31,837 nt of DNA from IMG/VR virus record IMGVR_UViG_2869947659_000006; one strand, 5' to 3'. This document shows, one piece after another, positions 18,160-27,576 of this stretch. How positions within the stretch are numbered: position 1 is the first letter of the stretch; each line of letters starts with the position of its first letter. Under the pieces are notes generated by a model, which was not told the origin of the DNA, searched no databases, and was given only the letters and a program-made list of their open reading frames with translations. Origin of the DNA: a virus (Duplodnaviria; Heunggongvirae; Uroviricota; Caudoviricetes). Made by a program: the position numbers and the translations under genes.

Positions 18160-19697
18160 GCACAAAATTTTATACCCTGCTGACGGATATTGGCGCGGCG
18201 AAACTTGCCAGCGCCGCCGCGCTCGGTGTGCCTTTAAAAATTACCCATATGGCGGTGGGCGATGGTGGCGGAACATTGCCGACGCCGGACGCAAAGCAGA
18301 GTGCACTGGTAAATGAGAAACGCCGGGCTGCGCTGAATATGCTCTATATCGACCCGCAGAACAGCAGCCTGATTATTGCTGAACAGGTGATCCCTGAAAA
18401 CGAGGGCGGTTGGTGGATACGTGAAGTGGGCCTGTTTGATGAGTCCGGGGCATTGATTGCCGTGGGAAACTGCCCGGAAAGCTATAAGCCGCAACTGGCT
18501 GAAGGCAGCGGGCGTACCTAGACCGTGCGCATGGTGCTGATTACCAGCAGCACGGACAATATCACCCTGAAAATCGACCCTGCCGTAGTGCTGGCAACCC
18601 GCAAGTATGTGGATGATAAGGTACTGGAGCTGAAGGTGTACGTGGATGATCAGATGGCAAAACATCTTGCAGCACCGGACCCGCATTCACAGTATGCACC
18701 CAAAGAAAGTCCTACGTTTACCGGGACACCCAAAGCGCCAACGCCAGCGGCGGGGAATAACACCACGCAGGTTGCGACCACCGCGTTTGTTCAGGCGGCA
18801 CTGACGGCTCTTATTAATGGTGCGCCAGCCACGCTGGACACGCTGAAAGAAATTGCCGCAGCCATAAACAATGACCCGAAATTCAGTACCACCATTAACA
18901 ATGCGCTGGCACTGAAAGCGCCGCTGTCGAGTCCGGCACTCACCGGAACGCCAACAGCACCTACTGCGGCACAGTCGGTCAACAATACACAGATTGCCAC
19001 CACGGCATTTGTGAAATCGGCGATTGCGGCAATGGTGGGTTCTGCACCTGCGGCACTGGATACACTGAACGAACTGGCGGCGGCACTGGGGAATGATCCG
19101 AACTTTGCCACGACAATGCTTAATGCGCTGTCAGGTAAACAACCGCTGGACAATACGCTTACCAATTTGAGTGGAAAGGATGTAGCTGGTCTTCTCACAT
19201 ACCTTGGTTTGGGAGAAGGCTCTGCATTACCTGTTGGTGTGCCTGTTCCGTGGCCTTCAGCCACTCCGCCGACAGGCTGGCTGAAATGCAATGGTGCGGC
19301 TTTTTCTGCTGAAGAATACCCGGAACTGGCAAAGGCTTACCCGACAAATAAATTGCCTGATTTACGCGGTGAGTTTATTCGTGGCTGGGATGACGGACGT
19401 GGAGTGGATAACGGAAGGGGATTATTAACGCTTCAGGACGGTGCGATTGTCAGTCATAACCACTATTGGGGAATCTGGACTTCACGAACTAACGACCAGA
19501 CTCTGGAAAGTTTTACAGGCACCACGATTTTAAAACAAATCACGCCCCTGTCTCCGGCCATTGACTTCGATAATTACCCAATTCCCAACCCGGCTATTAC
19601 AGAGGGTGGTGTTGTTGCGGCAACGACTAAACCTGCAGGTGCGAATGAAACACGCCCACGAAATGTCGCTTTTAACTATATTGTGAGGGCTGCATAA
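18156..19697 (+). pseudogene. H: Tail fibre protein (P2 gpH homolog) with an in-frame TAG at 18519-18521; C-terminal tail-collar-type receptor-binding part lies inside the invertible segment
   Basis: ORFs 18156..18521 and 18525..19697 are in the same frame. P2 H reads AEGSGRWQTCRM; this window reads AEGSGRT*TVRM. Confidence 0.8.
19192..19217. repeat. Left crossover site of the invertible tail-fibre segment (gix/hix-like 26-bp site)
   Basis: TTCTCACATACC-TT-GGTTTGGGAGAA; 14 bp identical to the reverse complement of the site at 21046-21071. Confidence 0.55.
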
Positions 19698-20299
19698 TGA
19701 ATAACGCAGAATTAAACAGTGAATTAATTGCCACTATGGCAGGAGAAATTACTGTTTATAACTTTGATGTCATGAGTCGGGAATATATTTCAGCTTCAAC
19801 TGAATATCTTGCTATTGGTGTCGGCATTCCGGCATATTCCTGTTTAGATGCCCCAGGCGCATACAAAGCTGGTTATGCAATCTGCCGATCTGCAGATTTT
19901 AACTCATGGGAATATGTGCCAGACCATCGCGGTGAAATCGTCTTTAGCACCGAAACAGGAGAATCAAAAGAAATCACAGTTCCGGGTGATTACCCTGATA
20001 ATACAACCACTATCGCCCCGTTAACGCCATACGATAAATGGGATGGTGAGAAATGGGTGGCGGATACCGAAGCACAGCATAGCGCCGCAGTAGATGCAGC
20101 AGAAGCACAGCGCCAGTCACTGATTGATGCTGCAATGGCTTCCATTAGTCTGATTCAGCTGAAATTACAGGCCGGACGGAAGTTGACGCAGGCAGAAACC
20201 ACCCGACTTAACGCCGTGTTGGATTACATTGACGCGGTGGCGGCAACAGATACCAGCACCGCGCCGGATGTCATCTGGCCTGAACTGCCGGAGGCGTAG
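19697..20299 (+). CDS. G: Tail fibre assembly chaperone (P2 gpG / Tfa-like)
   Basis: 200 aa; lies downstream of H. Confidence 0.85.
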   Translation: MNNAELNSELIATMAGEITVYNFDVMSREYISASTEYLAIGVGIPAYSCLDAPGAYKAGYAICRSADFNSWEYVPDHRGEIVFSTETGESKEITVPGDYPDNTTTIAPLTPYDKWDGEKWVADTEAQHSAAVDAAEAQRQSLIDAAMASISLIQLKLQAGRKLTQAETTRLNAVLDYIDAVAATDTSTAPDVIWPELPEA

Positions 20300-20708
20300 G
20301 CCATTCAATATCTGGAGCACTGGAGGTATCAATCAGTTCCAGTGCGTCCAGATAATCCAGCCACAAATTATATTGCGCCAGTTCCTCACCTTTCAGACGA
20401 CCAATAGCGGCTTTACCGGGCCATTGTTTACTGTTCATGTATTCGTTGGCCTGATTAAGCAATAATTGCCTTTCTGATTCTGCCTGTTGAATAAGTTCTT
20501 CATATGATGGTGGAGGTATTAGTGCCCATGTGGGTAATCCATTTTTTCCTGCAACACGAATTTTGTCATCTGGGGGCGTATTGATTGCAAATTCATTATA
20601 AACATCATCACTGACAGCCAGAGCATCATCTGGCCATGAATTTGCATTAATGTAATCATCCTTAAGCGCAGGATTCACAAAAATGTTTAAAGATGGACTA
20701 TAAAACAT
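20271..20708 (-). CDS. Alternative tail fibre assembly chaperone (Tfa') of the inverted orientation
   Basis: 145 aa; C-terminus ...DIEWPTPPA parallels the gpG C-terminus ...DVIWPELPEA; convergent 3' overlap with G. Confidence 0.8.
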   Translation of the reverse strand: MFYSPSLNIFVNPALKDDYINANSWPDDALAVSDDVYNEFAINTPPDDKIRVAGKNGLPTWALIPPPSYEELIQQAESERQLLLNQANEYMNSKQWPGKAAIGRLKGEELAQYNLWLDYLDALELIDTSSAPDIEWPTPPAVQAR

Positions 20709-20709
20709 A

Positions 20710-21045
20710 TTAAACCCCTATAGCGATATAACGACCTAATACAGCATTTGCAGCAGTCGCTATGCTTGAAAAACCGCGGAACTGATTTGATGTAATTGCA
20801 GAAGCCGACAGGATTCCTGCGCCTGAAGGTGTATGCCCCACATGACTAACTATCATCCCATAACATGCTGACGGAAAGGCAAAAGGAAAATCATTAAGAT
20901 ATCCTGCATCTTCACCACCAGACCCACCAAATCTCGCCTGCCCCCACTGAATAATCAGTGTTCTCCGGGAACCTGAAATAATTAACTGAATCGTTACATA
21001 CCCATTCAGGCCAATGACACCCGATGCAGTGCCAGCCAGAGATAA
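20710..21045 (-). CDS. Alternative tail fibre C-terminal segment (Sv'-like), with no start codon of its own; expressed only after inversion fuses it to the constant part of H
   Basis: The ORF runs into the crossover site and encodes ...FLNVGLGELS, matching the H junction LTYLGLGEG. Confidence 0.65.
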   Translation of the reverse strand, partial: LSLAGTASGVIGLNGYVTIQLIISGSRRTLIIQWGQARFGGSGGEDAGYLNDFPFAFPSACYGMIVSHVGHTPSGAGILSASAITSNQFRGFSSIATAANAVLGRYIAIGV

Positions 21046-21071
21046 TTCTCCCAAACCAACGTTTAAGAAAA
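21046..21071. repeat. Right crossover site of the invertible segment
   Basis: TTCTCCCAAACC-AA-CGTTTAAGAAAA; resembles gix (TTCCTGTAAACCGAGGTTTTGGATAA). Confidence 0.55.
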
Positions 21072-21126
21072 TGCAGAGATAATGGCTAACTGGCATCATC
21101 CCCGGTTTTTATTCAGGGGATTGATC

Positions 21127-21693
21127 ATGCTTATTGGCTATGTACGCGTGTCAACAAATGACCAGAACACCGATTTGCAACGTAATGCACTGAACTGCGC
21201 GGGATGTGAGCGGATTTTTGAGGATAAAATCAGTGGCACTAAGCCCGACAGACCGGGGCTTAAAAAACTGCTCAGGACACTATCGGCAGGAGACACGCTG
21301 GTTGTCTGGAAGCTGGACAGACTGGGACGCAGTATGCGGCATCTTGTTACGCTGATAGAAGAGTTGCGCCAGCGTGGTGTGAATTTCCGAAGCCTGACTG
21401 ACAGTATTGATACCAGTACCCCAATGGGCCGTTTCTTTTTTCACGTCATGGGGGCTCTGGCTGAAATGGAACGTGAACTGATAGTTGAACGTACCAGAGC
21501 AGGGCTGGCTGCAGCTCGTGCCAAAGGCAGAGTAGGTGGACGCCGTCCTAAGTTGACCACCGAACAGTGGGCACAGATTGGACGTTTACTCGAGGCCGGA
21601 GAATCAAGACAGCGTATTGCACTGATTTTTGATGTGGGCGTTTCTACCATTTATAGAAAATTTCCGGCGAATGAGAGCAATGAATCGCCCTGA
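21127..21693 (+). CDS. Serine-recombinase DNA invertase (Gin/Hin/Cin/Pin family)
   Basis: MLIGYVRVSTNDQNTDLQ... with the catalytic Ser motif; C-terminal helix-turn-helix. Confidence 0.9.
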   Translation: MLIGYVRVSTNDQNTDLQRNALNCAGCERIFEDKISGTKPDRPGLKKLLRTLSAGDTLVVWKLDRLGRSMRHLVTLIEELRQRGVNFRSLTDSIDTSTPMGRFFFHVMGALAEMERELIVERTRAGLAAARAKGRVGGRRPKLTTEQWAQIGRLLEAGESRQRIALIFDVGVSTIYRKFPANESNESP

Positions 21694-21741
21694 GTCAGTA
21701 TTATTTTGATTTTTCCTGTAAGCGGACAAATACCGTCATTT

Positions 21742-21759
21742 TGTGTGAATAACGACACA
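21742..21759. promoter_or_regulatory. Ogr-type late promoter site (TGT-N12-ACA) upstream of FI
   Basis: TGTgtgaataacgacACA, centred about 85 bp upstream of the FI ATG. Confidence 0.4.
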
Positions 21760-21835
21760 ACTGCGCTTAGCTGTTTGTCAGGCACAATCACTTCAACATA
21801 GGGCGAAGCCTAATCCAATCAGGAGGTTCGCCACT

Positions 21836-23008
21836 ATGGCTCAGGATTACCACCACGGGGTGCGCGTTGTTGAAGTCAACGAAGGCACCCGATCCATTAC
21901 CACGGTGAGCACCGCCATCGTGGGTATGGTCTGCACGGGCGATGATGCCGATGCAAAAATGTTTCCTCTTAATAAACCTGTGCTGATCACTGATGTGCTG
22001 ACCGCCAGCGGTAAAGCGGGTGAGTCTGGCACGCTGGCCCGTTCGCTGGATGCCATCGCTGACCAGGCAAAACCCGTGACCGTTGTTGTGCGTGTGCCGC
22101 AGGGTGAAACGGAAGAAGAAACCACAACCAATATCATTGGCGCAGTGACCGCCGAGGGTAAAAAAACAGGTATGAAAGCCCTGTTATCTGCCCAGTCACA
22201 GCTCGGCGTTAAACCGCGCATTCTCGGCGTGCCAGGTCACGACACGAAGGCGGTAGCTACTGAGTTGCTGAGCGTGGCGCAAAGCCTGCGTGGATTTGCT
22301 TACCTGTCAGCGTATGGTTGCAAGACGGTGCAGGAAGCAATCACTTACCGTGAAAACTTCAGTCAGCGTGAAGGAATGCTGATCTGGCCCGACTTTACTG
22401 GCTGGGACACGGTGCTGAATGCCGAAGCAACGGCTTATGCCACCGCCCGTGCGCTCGGTCTGCGCGCTAAAATTGATGAGCAGACCGGATGGCACAAAAG
22501 CCTGTCCAACGTGGGCGTGAACGGTGTCACCGGAATTTCTGCTGATGTGTTCTGGGATCTGCAGGACCCGGCAACCGATGCAGGTCTGCTTAACCAGAAC
22601 GATATCACCACGCTTATCCGCAAAGACGGTTTCCGCTTCTGGGGTTCCCGCTGTCTGAGCGATGATCCGCTCTTTGCCTTCGAAAACTACACCCGCACGG
22701 CGCAGGTGCTGATGGACACGATGGCAGAAGCGCACATGTGGGCGGTGGACAAACCGCTGAACCCGTCGCTGGCCCGCGACATTATCGAAGGTATCCGCGC
22801 CAAAATGCGTAGCCTGGTCAGTCAGGGCTATCTCATTGGTGGTGATTGCTGGCTGGACGAGTCGGTGAACGATAAAGACACGCTGAAAGCCGGGAAACTC
22901 ACCATCGATTACGACTACACGCCAGTGCCGCCACTTGAAAACCTGATGCTGCGTCAGCGCATCACCGATCAGTACCTGGTGAATTTCTCCAGCCAGGTCA
23001 GCGCGTAA
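21836..23008 (+). CDS. FI: Tail sheath protein, P2 gpFI homolog
   Basis: 390 aa; AGGAGG ribosome-binding site. Confidence 0.9.
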   Translation: MAQDYHHGVRVVEVNEGTRSITTVSTAIVGMVCTGDDADAKMFPLNKPVLITDVLTASGKAGESGTLARSLDAIADQAKPVTVVVRVPQGETEEETTTNIIGAVTAEGKKTGMKALLSAQSQLGVKPRILGVPGHDTKAVATELLSVAQSLRGFAYLSAYGCKTVQEAITYRENFSQREGMLIWPDFTGWDTVLNAEATAYATARALGLRAKIDEQTGWHKSLSNVGVNGVTGISADVFWDLQDPATDAGLLNQNDITTLIRKDGFRFWGSRCLSDDPLFAFENYTRTAQVLMDTMAEAHMWAVDKPLNPSLARDIIEGIRAKMRSLVSQGYLIGGDCWLDESVNDKDTLKAGKLTIDYDYTPVPPLENLMLRQRITDQYLVNFSSQVSA

Positions 23009-23017
23009 GGGGACAAC

Positions 23018-23533
23018 ATGGCTTTACCACGCAAATTAAAACACCTGAACCTGTTTAACGACGGGAACAACTGGCAGGGGATCGTTGAGTCGCTGACGCT
23101 GCCGAAATTCACCCGCAAATATGAGAAGTATCGCGGCGGCGGTATGCCCGGAGCGGTGGATGTGGATCTGGGACTGGATGACAGTGCACTGGATACAGAA
23201 TTTTCCATTGGTGGTACTGAACTGCTGCTGTTTAAGCAGATGGGCAAAGCCACGGTGGATGGCATCCAGCTGCGCTTTACCGGCTCTATTCAGCGTGATG
23301 ATACCGGGGAAGTGCAGGCCGTGGAGCTTGTGGTGCGTGGACGTCACAAAGAAGTAGATTCCGGCGAGTGGAAGACGGGCGAAAGCAACACTACCAAAGT
23401 GACCAGTACCAACAGCTACGCGAAGCTGACCATCAATGGTGAGGTGCTCTATGAAGTGGACCTGATCAACATGGTGGAAATTGTGGACGGTGTGGACCTG
23501 ATGGAAGCGCACCGCAACGCCCTCGGCCTCTGA
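23018..23533 (+). CDS. FII: Tail tube protein, P2 gpFII homolog
   Basis: 171 aa; position and size. Confidence 0.9.
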   Translation: MALPRKLKHLNLFNDGNNWQGIVESLTLPKFTRKYEKYRGGGMPGAVDVDLGLDDSALDTEFSIGGTELLLFKQMGKATVDGIQLRFTGSIQRDDTGEVQAVELVVRGRHKEVDSGEWKTGESNTTKVTSTNSYAKLTINGEVLYEVDLINMVEIVDGVDLMEAHRNALGL

Positions 23534-23587
23534 TGTATCTGAACGGCGCGGAATGCCGCGCCAGAACCTAATTTACAGGACAACAAA

Positions 23588-23890
23588 ATGAGCGATAAGC
23601 AGACTGAAAAGACCATTCAACTGGATACTCCCATCATGCGCGGTAAAACAGAAATTACCGAAATTGTGTTGCGTAAACCGCAGTCCGGTGCGCTGCGCGG
23701 CACACGCCTGCAGGCCATTATGGATATGGATGTGAACGCGATGATGACCGTGATCCCCCGCATCTCCAGTCCGGCACTGACTGCACAGGAAATTGCAGAG
23801 ATGGACCCGGCAGATCTCACTGCCATGTCGGTTGAGGTTGTCACTTTTTTGTTGAAGAAGTCGGTGCTTGCCGGTTTACCGACAGCCTGA
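23588..23890 (+). CDS. E: Tail assembly chaperone, P2 gpE homolog
   Basis: 100 aa; lies upstream of the tape-measure gene. Confidence 0.85.
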   Translation: MSDKQTEKTIQLDTPIMRGKTEITEIVLRKPQSGALRGTRLQAIMDMDVNAMMTVIPRISSPALTAQEIAEMDPADLTAMSVEVVTFLLKKSVLAGLPTA

Positions 23891-24024
23891 CGGTTGACGA
23901 TCTGGTGGCTGATATCGCCACCATCTTTCACTGGCCGCCATCCGTTACTGACGTTATGCCGCTGACCGAAGTGCTGGAATGGCGGGATAAAGCGATTCAG
24001 AGAAGCGGGGCCAGCCATGAGTGA
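23588..24024 (+). CDS. gpE+E' extended chaperone made by programmed -1 frameshift at T TTT TTG (23845-23851)
   Basis: The slippery heptamer is in the zero frame; the -1 frame is open to a TGA at 24022-24024 (...LEWRDKAIQRSGASHE). Confidence 0.7.
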
Positions 24025-27000
24025 CAATAACCTGCGTCTGCAGGTGATTCTTAATGCGGTTGACAAACTCACCCGCCCATTTCGATCCGCGCAGGCCAGT
24101 TCAAGAGAACTGGCTGCTGCTGTCAAAAAATCCCGCGATGCAATAAAGCAGCTTGATCAGGCCGGGAGCAGTCTGGACAGCTTCCGAAAGCTGCAGGCAG
24201 AAAATCAGAAATTAGGCGACAGGCTGAACTATGCCCGCCAGCGTGCAAATTTGCTCAGTCAGGAACTGGGAGCGATGGGGCCGCCTTCGCAACGTCAGGT
24301 TGTTGCTCTGGGCCGTCAACGGCTGGCTGTTCAGCGCCTGGAAGAACGCCAGAAAAAGCTGCAGCAGCAGACGGCGCTTGTGCGTGCAGAACTTTATCGT
24401 GCTGGTATTTCAGCTAATGATGGCGCCAGTGCGACGGCCCGCATTACCCGTGAAACGATGCGTTATAACAGGCAGCTTTCTGAGCAGGAAGCGAGGTTAC
24501 GACGTGTCGGGGAGCAACAGCGAAAAATGCACGCCGCCCGGGGGGCTTACGCCAGGCGTCTTGAGGTAAGGGATCGTATTGCAGGTGCCGGAGCCACCAC
24601 CACGGCTGCAGGGCTGGCAATGGGCGCACCAGTGATGGCGGCAGTAAAAAGCTATACCAGCATGGAAGATGCCATGAAAGGTGTGGCAAAGCAGGTCAAT
24701 GGTCTGCGTGACGATAATGGCAACCGCACTGCGCGTTTTTACGAAATGCAGGGTGCCATCAAGGCTGCCAGCGAACAGTTGCCGATGGAAAACGGTGCTG
24801 TGGACTTCGCCGCACTGGTTGAAGGTGGTGCGCGCATGAACGTCGCAAACCCTGACGACAGCTGGGAAGACCAGAAACGTGACCTGCTGGCCTTCGCCAG
24901 CACGGCGGCAAAGGCGGCAACAGCCTTTGAACTGCCAGCGGATGAACTGTCAGAAAGTCTGGGGAAAATCGCCCAGCTCTACAAAATCCCTACCCGCAAT
25001 ATTGAGCAGCTCGGTGATGCGCTGAACTATCTGGATGATAACGCCATGTCGAAAGGGGCGGACATCATTGATGTCATGCAACGCCTGGGCGGTGTGGCTG
25101 ACCGTCTGGATTATCGTAAAGCGGCGGCGCTGGGTTCCACCTTCCTGACACTCGGCGCTGCGCCTGAGGTTGCAGCCAGTGCAGCAAACGCGATGGTGCG
25201 TGAATTGTCCATTGCCACCATGCAAAGCAAGAGTTTCTTTGAAGGGATGAATCTGCTGAAACTCAATCCAGAAGTGATTGAAAAGCAGATGACGAAGGAT
25301 GCGATGGGAACTATCCAGCGGGTGCTGGAGAAGGTGAATGCGCTGCCACAGGATAAGCGCCTGTCTGCCATGACCATGTTGTTTGGTAAAGAGTTTGGCG
25401 ATGACGCAGCGAAACTGGCAAACAACCTGCCGGAACTTCAGCGCCAGTTAAAACTGACTGCGGGCAATGATGCGCTCGGTTCCATGCAGAAAGAATCCGA
25501 CATCAACAAGGATTCACTTTCTGCTCAGTGGTTGCTGGTCAAAACCGGAGCACAGAACACCTTCAGCAGCCTGGGGGAAACGCTGCGCCAGCCGCTGATG
25601 GATATTCTGTACACGGTGAAAAGCGTCACGGGGGCGTTGCGTCGCTGGGTGGAAGCTAACCCGGAACTGACGGGCACTCTGATGAAAGTAGCCGCTGTGG
25701 TAGCTGCCGTTACCGTCGGCCTCGGCACCTTAGCGGTGGCGCTGGCTGCAGTGCTGGGGCCGCTGGCAGTCATCCGTCTGGGATTCTCTGTGCTGGGTAT
25801 CAAAACGTTACCTTCCGTTACGGCAGCAGTAACCCGAACCAGCAACGCGTTGTCCTGGCTGGCTGGCGCACCACTGGCACTGCTGCGACGCGGGCTTGCT
25901 TCATCGGGCAACGCTGCAGGTTTACTTACTGCGCCGTTGTCGTCTTTGCGCCGCACGGCATCACTGACGGGAAATGTCCTGAAAACTGTAGCAGGTGCGC
26001 CGGTTGCACTTTTGCGGTCTGGATTATCCGGTTTACGTGCGGTTGCTGTGATGTTTATGAATCCACTGGCGGTACTACGCGGCGGACTGGCTGCCACAGG
26101 CACGGTGCTGCGTATGCTCGCATCCGGTCCACTGGCGATGCTGCGCGTTGCCCTGTATGCCGTCTCTGGTCTGTTAGGTGCTCTGCTCAGTCTGATAGGT
26201 CTTGTGGTTACTGCACTGGCGGGTGTGGCGCTGGTTGTCTGGAAATACTGGCAGCCCATCACCGCATTTCTCGGTGGCGTGGTGGAAGGATTCAAAGCGG
26301 CGGCAGGTCCTGTCAGTGCCGCGTTCGAACCGCTTAAGCCTGTGTTCCAGTGGATTGGCGACAAAGTACAGGCGCTGTGGGGCTGGTTTACTGATCTGCT
26401 GACGCCCGTTAAGTCGACCTCTGCCGAACTGCAGAGTGCAGCGGCAATGGGGCGACGATTCGGGGAGGCTCTGGCGGAAGGGCTGAATATGGTCATGCAT
26501 CCGCTGGACTCCCTGAAATCCGGCGTTTCCTGGTTGCTGGAGAAACTTGGCATTGTCAGTAAAGAGGCCGCAAAGGCGAAACTGCCGGAAAGCGTGACGC
26601 GTCAGCAACCTGCGACGGTGAATGCAGACGGTAAAGTGATGATGCCATCGGGTGGTTTTCCGTCATGGGGATATGGCTTTGCGGGGATGTATGACAGCGG
26701 CGGGTATATCCCGCGCGGGCAGTTTGGCATCGTCGGTGAAAACGGGCCGGAAATTGTTAACGGCCCGGCAAATGTGACCAGCCGGAGAAATACAGCTGCA
26801 CTGGCTGCCGTTGTTGCCGGAATGATGGGTGTTGCTGCTACGCCAGCAGAGCTTCCACCGTTGCACCCTTTGGCACTTCCCGCGAAAGGCGGTGAAGCGA
26901 TGGTGAGTCGTGCAGCCACTGTGCCGCCCGTTCAACGGATTGAGGCACCGATGCAGATCATCATTCAAACGCAGCCAGGACAAAGTGCGCAGGATATTGC

Positions 27001-27094
27001 GCGGGAGGTGGCCCGCCAGCTTGATGAACGTGAACGCAGGCTGAAGGCAAAAGCCAGGAGTAACTACAGCGATCAGGGGGGATACGACGCATGA
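24017..27094 (+). CDS. T: Tail tape-measure protein, P2 gpT homolog
   Basis: 1025 aa, coiled-coil N-terminus, hydrophobic repeat-rich centre. Confidence 0.9.
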   Translation: MSDNNLRLQVILNAVDKLTRPFRSAQASSRELAAAVKKSRDAIKQLDQAGSSLDSFRKLQAENQKLGDRLNYARQRANLLSQELGAMGPPSQRQVVALGRQRLAVQRLEERQKKLQQQTALVRAELYRAGISANDGASATARITRETMRYNRQLSEQEARLRRVGEQQRKMHAARGAYARRLEVRDRIAGAGATTTAAGLAMGAPVMAAVKSYTSMEDAMKGVAKQVNGLRDDNGNRTARFYEMQGAIKAASEQLPMENGAVDFAALVEGGARMNVANPDDSWEDQKRDLLAFASTAAKAATAFELPADELSESLGKIAQLYKIPTRNIEQLGDALNYLDDNAMSKGADIIDVMQRLGGVADRLDYRKAAALGSTFLTLGAAPEVAASAANAMVRELSIATMQSKSFFEGMNLLKLNPEVIEKQMTKDAMGTIQRVLEKVNALPQDKRLSAMTMLFGKEFGDDAAKLANNLPELQRQLKLTAGNDALGSMQKESDINKDSLSAQWLLVKTGAQNTFSSLGETLRQPLMDILYTVKSVTGALRRWVEANPELTGTLMKVAAVVAAVTVGLGTLAVALAAVLGPLAVIRLGFSVLGIKTLPSVTAAVTRTSNALSWLAGAPLALLRRGLASSGNAAGLLTAPLSSLRRTASLTGNVLKTVAGAPVALLRSGLSGLRAVAVMFMNPLAVLRGGLAATGTVLRMLASGPLAMLRVALYAVSGLLGALLSLIGLVVTALAGVALVVWKYWQPITAFLGGVVEGFKAAAGPVSAAFEPLKPVFQWIGDKVQALWGWFTDLLTPVKSTSAELQSAAAMGRRFGEALAEGLNMVMHPLDSLKSGVSWLLEKLGIVSKEAAKAKLPESVTRQQPATVNADGKVMMPSGGFPSWGYGFAGMYDSGGYIPRGQFGIVGENGPEIVNGPANVTSRRNTAALAAVVAGMMGVAATPAELPPLHPLALPAKGGEAMVSRAATVPPVQRIEAPMQIIIQTQPGQSAQDIAREVARQLDERERRLKAKARSNYSDQGGYDA

Positions 27095-27576
27095 TGATGG
27101 TGCTGGGATTGTACGTGTTTATGCTGCGCACCGTGCCGTATCAGGAGCTGCAGTATCAACGCAGCTGGCGACATGCGGCAAACAGCCGGGTAAACCGACG
27201 CCCGTCAACGCAGTTTCTGGGACCGGACAACGACATGCTGACGCTTTCTGGTGTTCTTATGCCGGAGGTAACGGGCGGCAGGCTGTCGTTGCTGGCTCTG
27301 GAGCAGATGGCAGAACAGGGAAAAGCATGGCCCCTGATTGAAGGCAGCGGCACGATTTACGGCATGTATGTGATTGAGGGACTGAATCAGACTAAAACGG
27401 AGTTTTTCCGCGACGGTATGCCGCGCCGGATTGAGTTCACCCTGTCGCTAAAACGCGTGGATGAATCCCTGTCCGATATGTTCGGTGATCTCAGTGCGCA
27501 ACTGAATAATCTGCAGGGAACGGCAACATCTGCCTTAAGCGATATCAGTAAAACGGTGGGAGGGCTGCTGTCGTGA
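27091..27576 (+). CDS. U: Tail protein, P2 gpU homolog
   Basis: 161 aa; position. Confidence 0.85.
   Translation: MMMVLGLYVFMLRTVPYQELQYQRSWRHAANSRVNRRPSTQFLGPDNDMLTLSGVLMPEVTGGRLSLLALEQMAEQGKAWPLIEGSGTIYGMYVIEGLNQTKTEFFRDGMPRRIEFTLSLKRVDESLSDMFGDLSAQLNNLQGTATSALSDISKTVGGLLS

Larger units (their letters stand above)
19192..21071. other. Invertible tail-fibre segment of about 1.9 kb carrying two alternative fibre C-termini and two tail-fibre assembly genes
   Basis: Inverted crossover sites at both ends, convergent tfa genes, a start-less alternative fibre ORF, and an adjacent invertase gene. Confidence 0.6.

Noticed and set aside
25525-26553. 342-aa minus-strand ORF, and many other antisense or out-of-frame ORFs in the track (e.g. 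8402..8797, 8779..9441, 9808..10290, 10523..10975, 17022..17444, 18791..19291)
   Set aside because: They lie entirely inside well-supported GC-rich phage genes (T, O, N, M, J, H), have Ala/Arg/Pro/Ser-rich low-complexity translations, and lack ribosome-binding sites. They are typical spurious ORFs in high-GC DNA.
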